IMG/VR virus record: IMGVR_UViG_642918882_000001
Coordinates: 4,091 to 68,090 of that record
Source of the DNA: a virus
Lineage: Duplodnaviria; Caudoviricetes
Reading direction: 5' to 3' (one strand)
DNA length: 64,000 nucleotides
Numbering within the stretch: the stretch's first letter is position 1; each line of letters starts with the position of its first letter. A program made the position numbers and the translations under genes. Shown in pieces: positions 63,206 through 64,000 of the stretch. The notes beneath the pieces are model-generated. The model was given only the letters and a program-made list of their open reading frames with translations, searched no databases and was not told where the DNA came from.

Positions 63206-63438
63206 TCGCCCTGACGATCGCGTACCTCCGCCGGATCCGCGACGAGCGGGACGAGCGGAGGACGCTGGAGGCCATAGCGGACGCCAACCACATCAGGTGG
63301 GCACGCGACCTCGCAGAGCAGCGCCGCGAGGAACGCCGCCGGTTCGAGGCCGCTATGGCGGCGCTGGACGGGTTGTACCTCGTCCCGTGGCACCGGCACC
63401 TGATCGAGAAGCGACTGAGGGGGTCAAGGTGGGGCTGA
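63202..63438 (+). CDS. hypothetical protein
   Basis: ATGA overlap. Confidence 0.6.
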   Translation: MIALTIAYLRRIRDERDERRTLEAIADANHIRWARDLAEQRREERRRFEAAMAALDGLYLVPWHRHLIEKRLRGSRWG

Positions 63439-63584
63439 TCAACGCCGGAGTGATCCTCATGGTGCTCGGCGCGGCAGGGTTCCGCGTCGCGCTCCACTAC
63501 CCGTCGCGCGCTGCCGACGAGGCCTGCGCGTTGCTGGTGCTGGCAGGGGCGGTCTCGATCGTCATCGGGTGCATGGTGGGTTGA
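63429..63584 (+). CDS. small two-TM protein
   Basis: SD GAGGGGG; two hydrophobic segments. Confidence 0.55.
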   Translation: MGLINAGVILMVLGAAGFRVALHYPSRAADEACALLVLAGAVSIVIGCMVG

Positions 63585-63643
63585 CATACCCGACCATTGT
63601 GGTATTGTAGTTCACGGAGGCGGGACGGACCCGCCGGAAGGGA
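63581..63643 (+). promoter_or_regulatory. repeat cassette
   Basis: TTGACA TACCCGACCATTGTGG TATTGT AGTTCACGGA GGCGGG ACGGA CCCGCC GGAAGGGA ACGCC ATG. Confidence 0.88.
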
Positions 63644-63648
63644 ACGCC

Positions 63649-63951
63649 ATGAGCATCAACGAGATCCAGAGCATCGAGGGACGCAGCCCCGAGGTCTTCC
63701 ACGCCGCCGCCATGATCGAGGCCCTGTTCACCCGACCGGTCAGCGCGGTCTACTCCGGCCGCATCGGGTGCGCCTGCGGATGCCAGGGCAACCACACCAG
63801 CCGTCCGGCGTCGATCACCCGCGTCAAGAATCAGATCGCGGAGGCGATCCGGCACGGCAAGGTCACATGGTTCGCCATGACCAAGGACATGGTCGCGATC
63901 GACACCGAGACGCGGGCCTTCGTCGCGTACACCGACGGCCGGGTGGCGTAG
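63649..63951 (+). CDS. 100-aa protein under repeat cassette
   Basis: YSGRIGCACGCQG motif. Confidence 0.75.
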   Translation: MSINEIQSIEGRSPEVFHAAAMIEALFTRPVSAVYSGRIGCACGCQGNHTSRPASITRVKNQIAEAIRHGKVTWFAMTKDMVAIDTETRAFVAYTDGRVA

Positions 63952-64000
63952 AGTCGACACATCAGCGAAGCAGTCACAACCCCGACCTCGAAGGTCGGGG

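Noticed and set aside
54684-63643. Repeated cassette interpreted as a CRISPR array or IS ends
   Set aside because: Copies are separated by whole genes, occur on both strands and lack regular spacers. I saw no cas operon or transposase.

Overview
This window is most of a high-GC, lytic siphovirus genome organised like a cluster B mycobacteriophage. Very frequent GGATCC sites hint at subcluster B3, which I have not verified. It starts inside the terminase 3' end and runs through RuvC, portal, a MuF/protease fusion, capsid hexamer and pentamer proteins, holin-like membrane genes, tail genes, tape measure and lysA/lysB. A leftward replication block follows (exonuclease, helicase, primase-helicase, Pol A), then a right arm of small genes. 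I saw no integrase, tRNA or CRISPR. The strongest unexplained structure is a dispersed ~65-bp expression cassette present about 18 times (14 complete copies, 1 gene-less copy, 3 partial). Its consensus is TTGACA-N16-TATTGT, built on the inverted repeat ACAATACC-N9-GGTATTGT. This is followed by a 6-bp hairpin GGCGGG-A(C/T)GGA-CCCGCC showing compensatory base changes, then a Shine-Dalgarno and ATG. The cassettes drive small accessory genes, several of them too short for the ORF track. Other notable observations are a second tail-assembly-chaperone paralogue with a candidate -1 frameshift far from the tape measure gene, many apparent leaderless promoters, and a gene flanked by a 16-bp direct repeat. 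All product calls come from motif recognition only; no database search was run.
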